A stretch of 64,000 bases of DNA from Lama glama (Eukaryota). The stretch covers positions 55,118,001 to 55,182,000 of the forward strand of contig CM052829.1 in the NCBI GenBank assembly GCA_028534125.1. Reading direction: 5' to 3'. Numbering within the stretch: the first letter of the stretch is position 1; each line of letters begins with the position of its first letter. This document shows, one piece after another, positions 50,671 to 63,169 of the stretch. Below the pieces are notes generated by a model. The model ran no database searches, was not told the origin of the DNA, and worked only from the letters and a program-made list of their open reading frames with translations. A program made the position numbers and the translations under genes.

Positions 50671-53600
50671 ATGTCCCAATTAGTGCTTTCAAGACACTCG
50701 GGTGAAGGCAGCCCGGTGACCACCCCAGAAGGGCTTATTACTCTCTGGAGGCTTCCCTCTTCTCTCCTGTCCACGTCCCCGGCAGAGGCACGCCTCCTCA
50801 CCCCGGGCCTCTGTTTTCCACCTTTACTTTGCTCTTTTTCCAGAACAGAAGCTCTTCTTCCCAGCTCAGATGCTGTTCTGAGCTCAGGGGAACAGCCAAT
50901 TAAGCAGGCCTTCACGGAAGTCCTGTGGTGCACCAGACGGAGATCCCAAGAGTGACGAGGAAAGAACAAACATGATTTTCTTCAGCATTTGGTGAGAAGT
51001 TCGGAGAGACTTAGCCTGTATTCCTTCATTCCTGCCTTCACCATTGGGCTCCTGAAGAGGTAGAAGGGATGCTATCAATCTTAAACCCTAACCTGCTTGC
51101 TCTGCACTCGAGCTGCCAGCCAGGTTCTCCTTTCTTTGGAAAAGTCTCGTAAGAAGAGGACTAAGATCCAAAGCCTTTCCTGTCTGGTCTTCGATTTGCA
51201 CTATCTGCCTCCCAGTTCCTTCCTGGGCAGTCATTCTTAAGAGTTCAAAAAACAGCTTCGCATCAAGAAAAAGTTGGAGACCTCAGCTCTGTTCTAAGGC
51301 TTGGCCTCAGCCTGCGGGTCAGGGAGGTCGTACGTCCTTAAGAAATCACAGCATTCTCATTTCTACTTGAAAAGCTAACACTCCCCAAAGAGCAACTATC
51401 TCCTCCGATTGCCCAAGTTCACGGACTGACCCTGACAGTATCACATCGAAGCTGCAAATTTTGATGAGCACTGGAATTAAAATCATCTTTCTTCCTGGAA
51501 ATTAAAAAAAAAAATGAATAAAAGAACTGAACCAAATCCCCAGGCAACCCTGGCCCAGTCATTTAACCTCTGCTTGGCCCAGTTTGCTTATATATGCATT
51601 AAATGGGAATCGTGAAAAGACATCTTATGAATGAATTAATTAATGATTGAAAGACGCTTTAAAAGTGCTATGCAAATGTTGAGCATTTTCGTAGGGCCCG
51701 TGGGAATCTAGGTACAAAGCAGGGAGCCAAACTCCAAATTGAGGATTATAACCAAGGAGCAAATGTAAGCACTCTGGAATGTGAAAGCACTATTAATATT
51801 GGTTACAATGATGTATTCGGTTTTTTTTTTTCCCTAATCCAGATCAAGGGGTGAGAAATTGTTAAAATGTGGATTCAGTTTTAAAACCCATGCGAGCCCG
51901 GATGCTCTCCAAGTGGTTACACATCAGCAAACGCCTGCACATTAAAACAAAATCAAAAGCTCGAAGGAAACTGGGGCTGGAGACGAAGCAGGTGCATAAA
52001 ACAAATGCTGTCAGCATATGTGTGAGCACAAACAATGCATTGTGCCTGCAGAAGTCAGATGATTGGCATTTGCAGATGTCCGCATATATGGTTCAAATAC
52101 TGCAAAAATAAAAACCTCTTGAACCCACCTAATTTTAATATTCTACTCATTAAAGGAAAACCTCTCTCAAACCACAAGCCTATGGAAGCCTTCCAGGCAA
52201 AGAGGCTTAGTTTTGTTTTCTTTTCCTCAATAAATGGACCCCTGGCTTCCTGGGGGCCTGGGGGCAGCCAGTGATCCTTATAATTATAAACAAAACGGGG
52301 CATTAATTCATCCCTTTGAAAAAATTCATTCAAGTTAAGCTATGGAGATGGGGCTGTAATGTCTTCAAAGGGCCTATGAAGTCATCTTCACAACAACCAC
52401 CAGCAAAAATCAAGAAACAGCCCAGACAAGTTTTTCTATTTAAACCACTCTGGCTTCAGTAATTGGAAAAGGATGGTTTTGCCTGATGGAAAAAGCAGCT
52501 TTTAGTGTCCAGGCCTGACTTAACTTCTACTTGCATGCCTGCATGGCACTCGAAAGCTATCAGCACTGAGTGTCCCTTGGTTTATCAGGCCAGAGCAGCG
52601 TCCTCTAGACTCCGCATCTTCACGATCGGTGGGGAAGCCACAGTAACCGTGGGGCTCGAGATGGCAGACTGAACGGGGAGACCGGAAAAGCAAGACACAC
52701 CAGAAACTCTTTCTGCTTTTCAAAATATTTTTTTCTTAAATGAGAAAAAAATATTTGGTCTTTATTTTCCTGTGCTGCTTTTGTTGATACTGCTGGTCCA
52801 ATTCAATAACCAATTACAGCCAAAGAGGCACCCAGGATCGTCTGGACAAATGATGGTCCTCTAGTAATAGTAACTGCTTGAGCTCACGTGGTCCTTGAAG
52901 GAGCCGCAGCTGCTGTTTCCACATCTCTATCATTAATTACAGGACGAAAAATGTTAAGTGCTCAAAAATTCCGTGAAACGCATTTCTAGGCATTGATTTT
53001 GAAAGAGTAGTGGGATCATAATGGTAGCCAACCCAGGTGGTCTTTGGGCACAGGGGTTCAGCTGTATATGTTTGGGCCTCACTGGACCTTGGTAAGTACC
53101 AAATGTTTGTTTGTAGGATTCTGCTTCTTTGATAAGTGTGTAAGTAGATAACAAAAAAGACAGCTCTCTGTAATAAAAATTTACTTTTATGTTCTTTCCC
53201 AATCTGTTCCTAATCTCCTGAGTTGGCAGAAGTGGGAATAGCACAGTCTCCTGAAAGGTTAGAATAACTAAGGGAAATTTCACCAGAAAGAAAAGAAGTT
53301 TTTAAACCTTGCACTAAACCCCAATTGTCTTATATTCCAGAATACCCAAGAAGTGAAACCCTGCATGGTGGCCATCTTGGGAAATCCTAGATTCTAACTT
53401 TTCTCCCATGTGCCCATGTCTTCCAAAGCAACTTCCTTCTAACATGTTCCCTTGATGATCACTTTTTGAGAAACCGCATTCTCTACACAGGGGATCCCCC
53501 TTTTCCTGCAGCAGTACATCCCAGGTCTGAGATAATCAGTCTGGATTAAGAACCAGGGGCCTTGAGACTAACAAAGCCCAGCGGCCTCGCACTTCACATC

Positions 53601-54753
53601 CCAAGGCGTGTGTCGGGACTCTGACCCTCAAGCCCTGCAGCAGCATGCAGCGTAGGGGTGGGTTCCCCTTTGAGAGGTGAGCTGAAGGCACACCTTCCCC
53701 TGCTGTTAGCAGCTAACTTTCAGATCTGTCTTTGTCTCTGTCTCTGCCTCTCTTCCACACAAACACACACACACACACACAACTAAAAGACAGCATTCAT
53801 TCTCAGAAAATGTAAGACTCTAAGCCAATGGTGAAGAAGAGGAATATTTTCCTAATTCAATCTTCATTCACAATGCAGGCAGACTCATGTTACTATTCAG
53901 AGAAGTGTTCATTCCTTTCCTTTATCTTTCCCTCCGTAGCCCTTTCCCTCATGTATAAACTATATCCTATTGGGCTTTCCTGGGATCAGAAACTGACTCA
54001 TCAGGAAGCCAGAGATCTTTTAAAGATCCTTAGCTACACAAAGACCCTGTGAATGTTCCATCCATTCATTCATTCAACAGATACTCATCCACTTTCTATA
54101 GGCACCTTGCTAGACATCCGGAATAGAACGGCCCACAAAGCTCCACGCAACCCTTGTCCTGTGTAGAGCAGGACTTACAGGGGCACGGCAGCCTCTTCCC
54201 CATCCTCCGGGCAGAAAAGAGTGGAGACCTTTCTTTTCATTCCATGTGTTCGAAGCCCATGTAGAAAGCACTCCCTAAATGAGTTATCATTCGATCACTG
54301 ATGTAGACCAGGCTGCCTTCTAGCCGGAGTGCTACTGGTACAGAACTGCTATAACACAAGGCAGTGAGCTAACCAAGCCTGGAAGGGTCATTCAGATTTG
54401 TTCTGATTCTATAGTCAAATGATCAGAGGGTCACAGCCCAAAGCCTAGAGCTGATCTAGCTCGACCTCACATACCTCCACGTCACAGAGGAAGAGACTGA
54501 GGGACGAAGATGTGAAGGGCCTTGTCTCAAGTGAAACAGTTATTAGCAGAAGGTGGGGGGGGGGGCTGCCTGCTGGTTCTCAGCTCTCTCCACCACACCC
54601 CACTGCCTTACAAGGAAAATCTGCCTTCTGGAAGGGTGACTCCCCGCTGTTCTGCTGAAGCTGCCAGTCACCACTGGCCAATCCAAGAGTAACTCAATGT
54701 TCCTTGTGTTGACTTCTCTCTAACTCTGCTCATATTCAGAAACAGCATTTAAT

Positions 54754-54876
54754 GGGGGGAGGGTATAGCTCAGTGGTAGAGTGCATGCCTAGCATGCACG
54801 TGGTCCTGGGTCAACACTCAGTACTTCCACTAAAAAATAAATAAACCTAATTATCTCCCCCACCAAAAAAAAAAAA
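54754..54876 (+). mobile_element. Camelid tRNA-Ala-derived SINE, long form
   Basis: ggggggagggtatagctcagtggtagagtgcatgcctagcatgcac...aaataaacctaattatctcccc plus A tail. TSD a(a/g)acag(c/a)atttaa. Confidence 0.9.
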
Positions 54877-55990
54877 GACAGAATTTAAAAAATCTGACAC
54901 CAACAGTCTCTCGGTGCGCCATAGGAGGGGACCAGCATTTCTCTTCCAGGGGAAAATGTGAAAATGTATAAAAGGTGACCGAATGATAGGCAGCAAGAAA
55001 CAGTCACTTTTATTATAAAATTGGGGGACATCTACATGTTTTGATCATTACATTGAAAACCAGATCCATTTAAAGGTTCCCTAAGAAGAAATCACAGAAA
55101 AGTAGCAAGAAGACAGTGTCAGGAGGTTTTCAGAAAAGATGTTTTTTAATCTTTTATTCATTAGCAGGTGAGGGCAATGACAGATAAATTGTATCCTGCC
55201 GTAAGATTTATATCATCCAAGGTTATAGAAGCTGACACTCTGATTTTTCTGCATGTACCACATACTTCATTCATTAAAATCAGAAGACATAGTAAACGTC
55301 TGAATGTTTACATTCTTTTACTGATTTACACAACTGGTGCCTGCATCCTGAAATACATAAAATGGAAATTAGGTATAATCAACATAATTAGCATCACTGC
55401 TCCATCATTTAAAAAACGATTTTGAGAAAGGAAAAAGGACAGGTTTGAAAGTGTCCTCCAATTGCGGTTTTGTAGTTCTAGTCTCATTTCTTCATCCCTG
55501 ATCTTCAAAACCTAATCTTCCGGGGTGAGCGGGGTTAAGATCACGCTCCCTTGGAACGTACGTGTGCACGTTTTTAAGGTTTTATTAGGTTCTCTTTTAT
55601 TACCTTTATGTTCACATCCCTGGTGGGCACACTCCATTTTTAATAAGCTGGAAAATCCTGTCAAGAGATTGTTCAGTGGTCGCATTTATCTAGCAGGCCA
55701 GTCACCGAGCCAAGAGGTTGGCCTCCGGGCTCGGTGAGGACGCTGGGGAGAGCCTCAAGCTGGCTCAGCTTCCCCATTTTAAATGACAGCTTTTTCATTC
55801 TGCTGCTCATCCAGAATCAAAGGGATTTCAAAGCTCGTTCACCTCCATGGAAGAAGGGGGCCAAGGGAAGAGGGTACATTCTGCTTCTTCACAGCAGGGA
55901 AACGGAAGACTTGGCTGAGTCTTTATTTTATGAGTCATTATTATTGTTGTTGTTGTTATACTTTTTGCTTATGAATATGGAGGGGTTTTT

Positions 55991-56081
55991 TGGCTTTTTT
56001 TTAATGGAGGTACTGGGGATTGAGCACAGGACCTGGTTCATGCTAAGCACACACTCTGCCTCTGAGCTATATCCACCCTCC
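55991..56081 (-). mobile_element. Camelid tRNA-Ala-derived SINE, short form
   Basis: tggaggtactggggattga...catgctaagcacacactct...ctgagctata. Imperfect TSD tggagg(g/t). Confidence 0.88.
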
Positions 56082-57440
56082 GCTGGAGGTTTGTTAATAA
56101 AAAACAAATACGTCTCTCAGCCAGGAAGCCAGCAAAGCCTGGTAATACGTCTCCTGCTGGAAAGGCACTCTGGGTTCCATGCTTTGTCCCATTATCTCTC
56201 TCTTTTACCTGCAGAACCATCTGGGGATGCGAGGACACACAGGGTTCAGGGGGCCTCACAGGAACCCTGAACAATCCCAGTCATTAGTGCGTCTGCCGCT
56301 AGAAAGGCAGAAAGGCAGAGACGTTTCCAATGCAGGAAATAATTGCCAAGACACACAAAACTGCTAAGCTAGAGAGATATCAACCCCATTTCCAAAGATT
56401 AAAGGGAGACGAGGTGACCTTTGGGACAATGCCAATTTGGGTAAATACGTGCCTGTGCCTGTGTGTTGAAATGCATCCTCACATCTGAAAAAGACACTAA
56501 CTTTGGGTCTCCTTCCCCCCAGCACTGTGCTGCTAACAACAGGACCATGTCAGTTTTTTCCACACTGGCTGGAGGATACCAGGATTTGGAAGAATTTGCA
56601 AATGTTCACCAAGAGGTTTTGAAGGGAGTTAGATAACGTAGGTAACCATAAATTCAGAGATGTATTAGCAAGTCTGGAACAAATTGCAGGCTCTCCTCAA
56701 AGTCCATGTAGGCTTCAGGGTCTGGCAGCTTTGATGGCTTACTTAAGAATCTCAGCCCACCGCTGCTCTGAATAGCCATGGGGAAGAGAACTCTACCACA
56801 AACACAGATACACGCTTTCACCAATGCCACATGGGCCATTCCTACTTAAGATGATAGACCATTCTCAGCTAAAATTATACAACCATCTGGTCAGCCCAAT
56901 TCCTGGACTTAACTCATGTTAAGGTTTAAGGTAGCATTTGGGTTCCTAAACCAACACTCACTCATCTTTCTCTCCACTGCTGTGGAGATGCCAGAACAGA
57001 CATCTGAACAAGAATCCAAGCATCCCACATGAACTTCCAGGGATAAAGGGGGGTGGCAATTGGGATGAAAAGGAGGGACACAAAACAGCAGTTCTCCCTC
57101 ACAAGATACAGGCCATGCCTCTTGCTCCCCACCCCTCCTGAGAAGCTCCTTCAGTGCATGGTAGTCTCAGTTCATAGACTAGCATCAAGGTACCTCTTGC
57201 AAACACCTGTTGAGCCCGTTTCCTGAAGCAGAGTGATGACGAATGACCCAGAAGTAACTAGTTAGGCTGCTCCCCAACGCTGTGTGAGTTTGCCTGTAAT
57301 CCCAGCACCGTCTGTGTCGTAGGTGGGCTTGTCAAACACAAAACTTCCATCATTCCACTGCTCTCCATCAGCTCCTTTCCTTCCGAAAGGCTTTTCCAAC
57401 CAAGGGAGTGCACTTTCCAGTCTTCAGTATCTCCTGACAT

Positions 57441-57620
57441 CTTTTTTAAAACAACTTAAATGAGGTATTGTTTGCATGCCATCAAATTCACCTGTTCTAA
57501 ATGTAAAATACATTGATTTTTAGTAAGTTTTCTGAGTTGGGCACCCATCGCCACAATCCGTATATAGAACATTTCCAGCACTCCAGTAAGATCCCTTATG
57601 CCTGCTCTCCCCTCACATCT
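57441..57620 (-). mobile_element. Old L1 (L1MB-like) 3' end
   Basis: 'aaattcacctgttctaaatgta...gatttttagtaa...tagaacatttccagcactcca'. Confidence 0.7.
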
Positions 57621-57824
57621 TAATGATATTGTTTGACAAGTAACTGAGAGTAAGACTAAGACACAGAGGAAGGGACAGAAAGAGTGCACTTTAGAGGGTG
57701 AAACAACTCCAGAGGGAGATGCGATGGGAAATGCAGGAGGAAGACTTCAGATAACCTCAGAAGACAACCCTGGAATGCTATGTCAGAGGTGGCCAGTTCT
57801 TCACCTTTGCTCCTCAACAAAAAG

Positions 57825-58535
57825 CGGTCAGATTATAAAAACATATTCTTAACACATGATCTAGCACTCATGTTCCTTGGTATTCACCCAAAGGAGTTGA
57901 AAACCTATGTCCACACATAAACCTGCCCATGGGTGTTTATAGTCAAAACCTGGAAGCAACCAAGACACTCTTCAGTAGGTGAATGGATTAATAAACTGTG
58001 GCACATCCAGACAATGGAATAGTATTCAGCACTTTAAAAAAAATAGCTATCAAGCCCTGAAATGACATGGAGAAAACACACGACAAAGTAAAAGAGGCCA
58101 ATCTGAAAGGGTTGTATACTGTACAATTCCAACTATATGATATTCTGGAAAAGGCAACATGATGGAGACAGTAAAAAGTCAGTAGTTTAGGGTTGGAGGG
58201 AGGGGAGGGGTAAATAGGTATAGAACAGAAGATTTTTAGGACACTGTAAATACACTGTATGATACTATAAAAGTAGATACATGTTATTAGTGATTTGTTC
58301 AAACCCATAGAATATACAGCACCAAGAGTGAACCCTAATGTCAATTATAGATGCTGAGTAATTATGATGTGTCAACATAGGTTCATCAGCTGTAACAGAT
58401 GTACCTCTCTGGTGGGGCTGCTGATAATGGGGGAGGCCATGCTTGCATGGAGGCAGGGGTTATAGGGGAAATCTCTGTACCTTCCTTTCACTTTTACTGT
58501 GAACATAAATCTGTTCTAAAAAATAGTCTTAGAAA
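57825..58535 (+). mobile_element. L1MC1-like ORF2 end and 3' UTR
   Basis: 'ccaaaggagttgaaaacctatgtccacac', 'aaacccatagaatatacagcaccaagagtgaaccctaatg', 'gggaaatctctgtacctt'. Confidence 0.85.
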
Positions 58536-58759
58536 AAGGCCGTCAGAATACATGGTCCCACTAAATGCAATACAACTGGGAGCAAAGCGTAGAAGACCCC
58601 TTTTCCCAGAATGCCCAATACCTAATCCAGCACCTTGCTCAGGGTTGATATTTAATAAATGTTTGCTAAACTGAAGTGAGTTGGAGAGAGGAGGAATTGC
58701 AGGGGGAAATGCCTTCTCATGGATAGCTACCACCCAGCATCCTTTCCCACTTTCTAATG

Positions 58760-59150
58760 GCCCTCCAGTGTCATTTTTGGTAGTCACCTCATCCCACCGT
58801 GCTTCATCTTAGAGAGACGGTAATTCTAGAGATCCAGGAAGCCATGAGATTGGACTTTCTTTCTTCTCACTCCAACATATCCAGGGACAAATGTGTCATT
58901 CGGACTTTCTCTAAACCAATGATTCAAGGTCAGCAGGAAGGGCTGTGCATCGTCCACGGCCACCATTGTCCTGACCTCACTCAGTTCAACCTGCTGTGAT
59001 TTCTGATTCATGGCTGCCAGAGATGACTTGTTCCTCCTAGTCACACGCCCAGGTGCCCACCTCCTGCTGATTCTGTCTGTCCTTTCAGTAATTCCTTTTT
59101 ATCACACAGAATTAGTTTCTATTGCTTGCAACCAAAGAGCCCTAACCACT
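58760..59150 (+). mobile_element. Old ERVL/MaLR LTR fragment (LTR33/MLT1-like 3' end)
   Basis: 3' motif 'gtttctattgcttgcaaccaaagagccctaac'. 5' boundary uncertain. Confidence 0.45.
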
Positions 59151-61393
59151 TCAAGCCCTTTAAAAGCAATGCCAATGATACAGGTGAGAGGTTATAAGGG
59201 CCTAAACTGGGTAACAGGGTAGCTTCCATAATAAGGAAGGTCAGGGGTAACTATTTTGTGACTAAAGAGATATTTCCAGGCATGAAAGGTCAAAGTTGAC
59301 CTCAACATTTTACACTTCATGTGTTTCTACCATGAAGTTTTGCCCATCATTTGAACTTTCACTTAGGTGGGCCGAGAAAAGTGATTACACATTTCTCATA
59401 AACAGATCAACAGTGCAAATTATTTTAAGCCCTAACACATGAAGATGAATAATTTTCACATGCTTTTCACTTTACGGGGAGAACAACCAACACGGCTCGT
59501 CAGGCAGTTGGTCTCACTGCTCAACCTCACGCACGTGCCGTCTGGGCAAGTGAGTCAGTCTCCTCTAAGCGCTGCTTCCTGTTGAATGGAAGAGCCAAGG
59601 TTGTGAGTCATCCCTGCTCAGAGCCAAGAGTCTCTGATTCGGTATTATTTTCTGCCTTACCACACAAGGTTCAAAATGTCCAACCTCTTTCCCTTAGCAT
59701 CAGTGCCCAGTCACAGTCTAGAAGTGGCTGCATTAAACATGTCTAGAGTGGCTTCATTAAAAATGGTCGTTGTCAGAAATCATTGATCCTGTCTGTACTC
59801 CTCCAAAATAAAAATGTAAATAAATAGAAAAGAAAAAGAAAAAGCAACCAAGAGATAGCGAAGTGCCGAGGGATACAATATAACATGTTCATGCTAAATG
59901 CCAGCCTCAGTGGTTCGATGCCCAGTTGATTATGGTGAAGGCACTAGGCAGAAGACAAAATGGGGACTGAATAAATGTGCTGCCGCATGAAAACTATTTA
60001 TGAATTTCCAGGCCGTCTGCTGTTGAATAAAAGCTATAATCATTGGACAGATACACACTTTGTTAGTGCTACTTCAGACTGACTCTTTACCAAATTGCTC
60101 CAATCCTTTCAGGTGAGGGAATCACAGAGCACCTTTGAGGGGAATCACGGCTTTGTGTATGAGAGGTGAAAGGCCAGCAAAAATAACAGAGCAATTGCCC
60201 ATTACCAAAGGGCGACGGGGTGGAAGACTTGTAGTGCACTTCAGTTGGAAGGGATCTCTGAGGTCACAGAGTCCAACGCCCCCACCCAGGACTGCAGCCT
60301 GCCAGTTAGAGCCCACTCATCAGATAATTTCCAGTGGTGCCGTATCATGTACAAATGCTATGGTGATTCTCCTCGTATCTCAAAGACTGGGAATCTGATC
60401 CAAGAGCAGGAACAGATTAGTAGAGTTTATTCAGCGTCTGCATGAATCCTCTCACTGCCCTCTTCAGAATGGCAATACGTCATCACAGTTCAGTTTCCTG
60501 AGGTCACAAAGATAAGACAACATCTACTTTGATTTCAAACAGAATGCTTTATAGATAAAAGAAGCCTCCTCTATAAAATAAAACAGCTTTTCAAATAGCC
60601 TCTCACCACAGTTAGTAATAATTTATGCTTGGTGAACAGGAAAATATGCTGAATTTATTCATTTGACTGTGCACCGCCTGTCGAAAGGGCAAGCTGATAA
60701 AGAAAGAGTGGGGGTGGGTAACATCGGTATTTGCAAATCTGATATAAAAGATTTTTGTAATTCCTCCTGATTTCAAAAGGAGAAGAAAATTAACTCTCAG
60801 AATGAGAGAACAAAAACTTCTGATTATTGCCAAAGCCATGGCATCTGGCATTTTACCACATAGATAGTTCTAGAGGCTGTTTTTTCTTTTGTCCTCCAAT
60901 ATAAATTTTTGCTACACTTTTGAGCCCACATAAAAAAATTATGTCACAACAGACAGTCTCTGGTTATGACCCTGGAGTCCAGCCCAGTTTCCCTGGCCGT
61001 GCCCTGCCCTGCCCCACTTTCAGAAGCTCCTCTAATAGCTGGAGAGCAGTTTACTCTCCTCCTCTGCCAACCAGCCCCCTGGCTTTAACCGGGCCATATT
61101 TATTTTCATTCTTAATTATTTCTGAAGTAAAACAATTTTTTTGCATGGTTTCAGGGTCTGTTTTAGAGCATTTTGTGTTTTCAAACTCTTATTTTGAACT
61201 AGAAGATGGTTTTTATATGCCCAGGTGGCCTTCGCCTGTTCTCTCAGCTGAGAAGCTGTTGAAACTCCTTACCTTTAAGTAATTGTTCAGAGGACATCTG
61301 TGGCTTTCCGCTTCGTGTGGCAGACAGGGCAGTAGGTACAGCCTGAAATTTACAAAATTAGCCTAAATTAAAGCACAGATAACTGGAAGTCTT

Positions 61394-61664
61394 TTTTTTT
61401 TCAATTAAAGTATAGTTGATTTATAACATTGTGCTACTTTCAGGTATATAGCAGAGTGATTCAGTCGTACATATATGTTCATATTCTTTTTCATTATAGG
61501 CTATTACAAGCTGTTGAATATAGTTCCCTGCACTATACAGTAGGGCCTTATTGTTTATTTCTCTCAGATATAGTAGTGTGTGTCTGCTAATCCCAAACTC
61601 CTAACTAATCCCTCCCCCATCCTTTCACCTTTGGTGACCATAAGTTTATTTTCTATGTCTGTGA
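61394..61664 (-). mobile_element. 5'-truncated younger L1 with TSD
   Basis: Poly-T followed by 'aagtatagttgatttat...'. Exact 10-bp TSD tggaagtctt at 61384-61393 and 61665-61674. Target TT/AAGA fits the L1 endonuclease. Confidence 0.92.
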
Positions 61665-62809
61665 TGGAAGTCTTAACTCATATTCCCTCTCATCATATGT
61701 CAACATGTCAAACAGTAAAATCTTTATCATAAATTAAAAGTATAGCATCAAGTTTGGGGCATTTTGAAGGGGAAAAAAGTTGTAAAAGGTTCAGAATTTA
61801 GCAGGTTCATTTTATAGACCTGATATGTTTGCTTGTTTGTTTGTTTTTAGAAGCACATCACAAAATTCTAGCTAAAAACCATTACATACTATGGCTTAAT
61901 GATACCATGTCTTATTTGTAAAAATTATAGCTTAATCGTGAAGATACTGCATTTTCTAGACAAAAGCGTCTTTCTGAACCTACTTCTTTTCCCATTTAAG
62001 TCTACAAGGGCATAGGCAATGCCACCCACTGAGAATTCTTGGAGATAGTTGAGCATAAACCTCAAATTTCACAATAGCCACACTCCAGCATAATACAAAC
62101 ACATCCTGGATCATCAGAAGCTGAGAAAACCCAGGGATGAAAGTTTCTCTTCATCCCACAGGAATCTACGGCAGGAGGGGAGGAGGGCTGCGTTGCTCTA
62201 GCTACTGACCCCGTGGGTTTTGGCATCTTTGAACTTTCTTCCCTCGGTTACTGTCTCCAAATATTGCTGCAGGAGCCTGTGGGGCTGCGTGGAGAGCCAG
62301 TCCATCTGTGGGCTCAACACAAAGACACGCCCCAAGAGCCCTCCTCTCCACAGACCCAGGCCTTCTCCTCACATTCGGAGACAGTTATGAAGCAGAATTA
62401 GACTCATGGTTGTGTGGCAGTTGTAAAGCCCAGAGACAGTATGGGATGCTGAACGAAATAACATTGTCCAAAGTACCATCCGATCAAGTGTTTCCACATT
62501 TGCCTAAAACTCCTTTCGTCACTACCACTCAAAGGGTTAACGGTTTGGAGTCTTTCATTTTGTGTGTTTGATTATTTATCAATAGAGCTGGTGCCTGGCC
62601 AGATATTTCCACTCCTTGCCCTTGCCTCCTCATAGGTCACAGAAACCCTACTCCAAGAACGTCTTTGACTATTATCTTGACATCATTCTGAGGGATTTAG
62701 GTAAAGACTTGGAGTAAGCAAAAAAATGGCAGGTACCCCGCTCACCCACCAGTTACAATGCACCACAGATTAACAGAGAGCTCCTCCATCTCCAGTGGAT
62801 ACTTCACTC

Positions 62810-63130
62810 ACTGAAGAAGCATCACGAGAAGCCAGGAAGTCTGGGCTTGGGGTCAGACATGTTTGGATATAAATGCCAGCTCTATGAATTGCACATCCTT
62901 GAGTAACTTACCCTCATCTTCAAGTCTTTTTCCTCAATTTAAAACAACACTGTTATGAAGAAGTAATGGAAAACAAGCACTTAGCACTCTATGGGGCCAC
63001 GGGAAGCATGTAGAAAACATTAGCTATTATCATTGTAATTTCCTTTATAGGGATGCTGGGCAGAATTAAATGAGATAATATCTCTGGAAGACCTGGCTTA
63101 TTGGTAGGGCTCAACAAACATTAGTTCCTT
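62810..63130 (+). mobile_element. Two adjacent MIR fragments
   Basis: 'ggggtcagac...aaatgccagctct...ccttgagtaactta' and 'attaaatgagataat...gctcaacaaacattag'. Confidence 0.65.
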
Positions 63131-63169
63131 TTCCCTTGAGAAAATTAAGTCCTTTCTGAATCTGCTTGG

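Noticed and set aside
55734-56270. Longest ORF (178 aa)
   Set aside because: It reads through a simple repeat and an antisense SINE (MEVLGIE...MLSTHSA.ELYP), so it is spurious.
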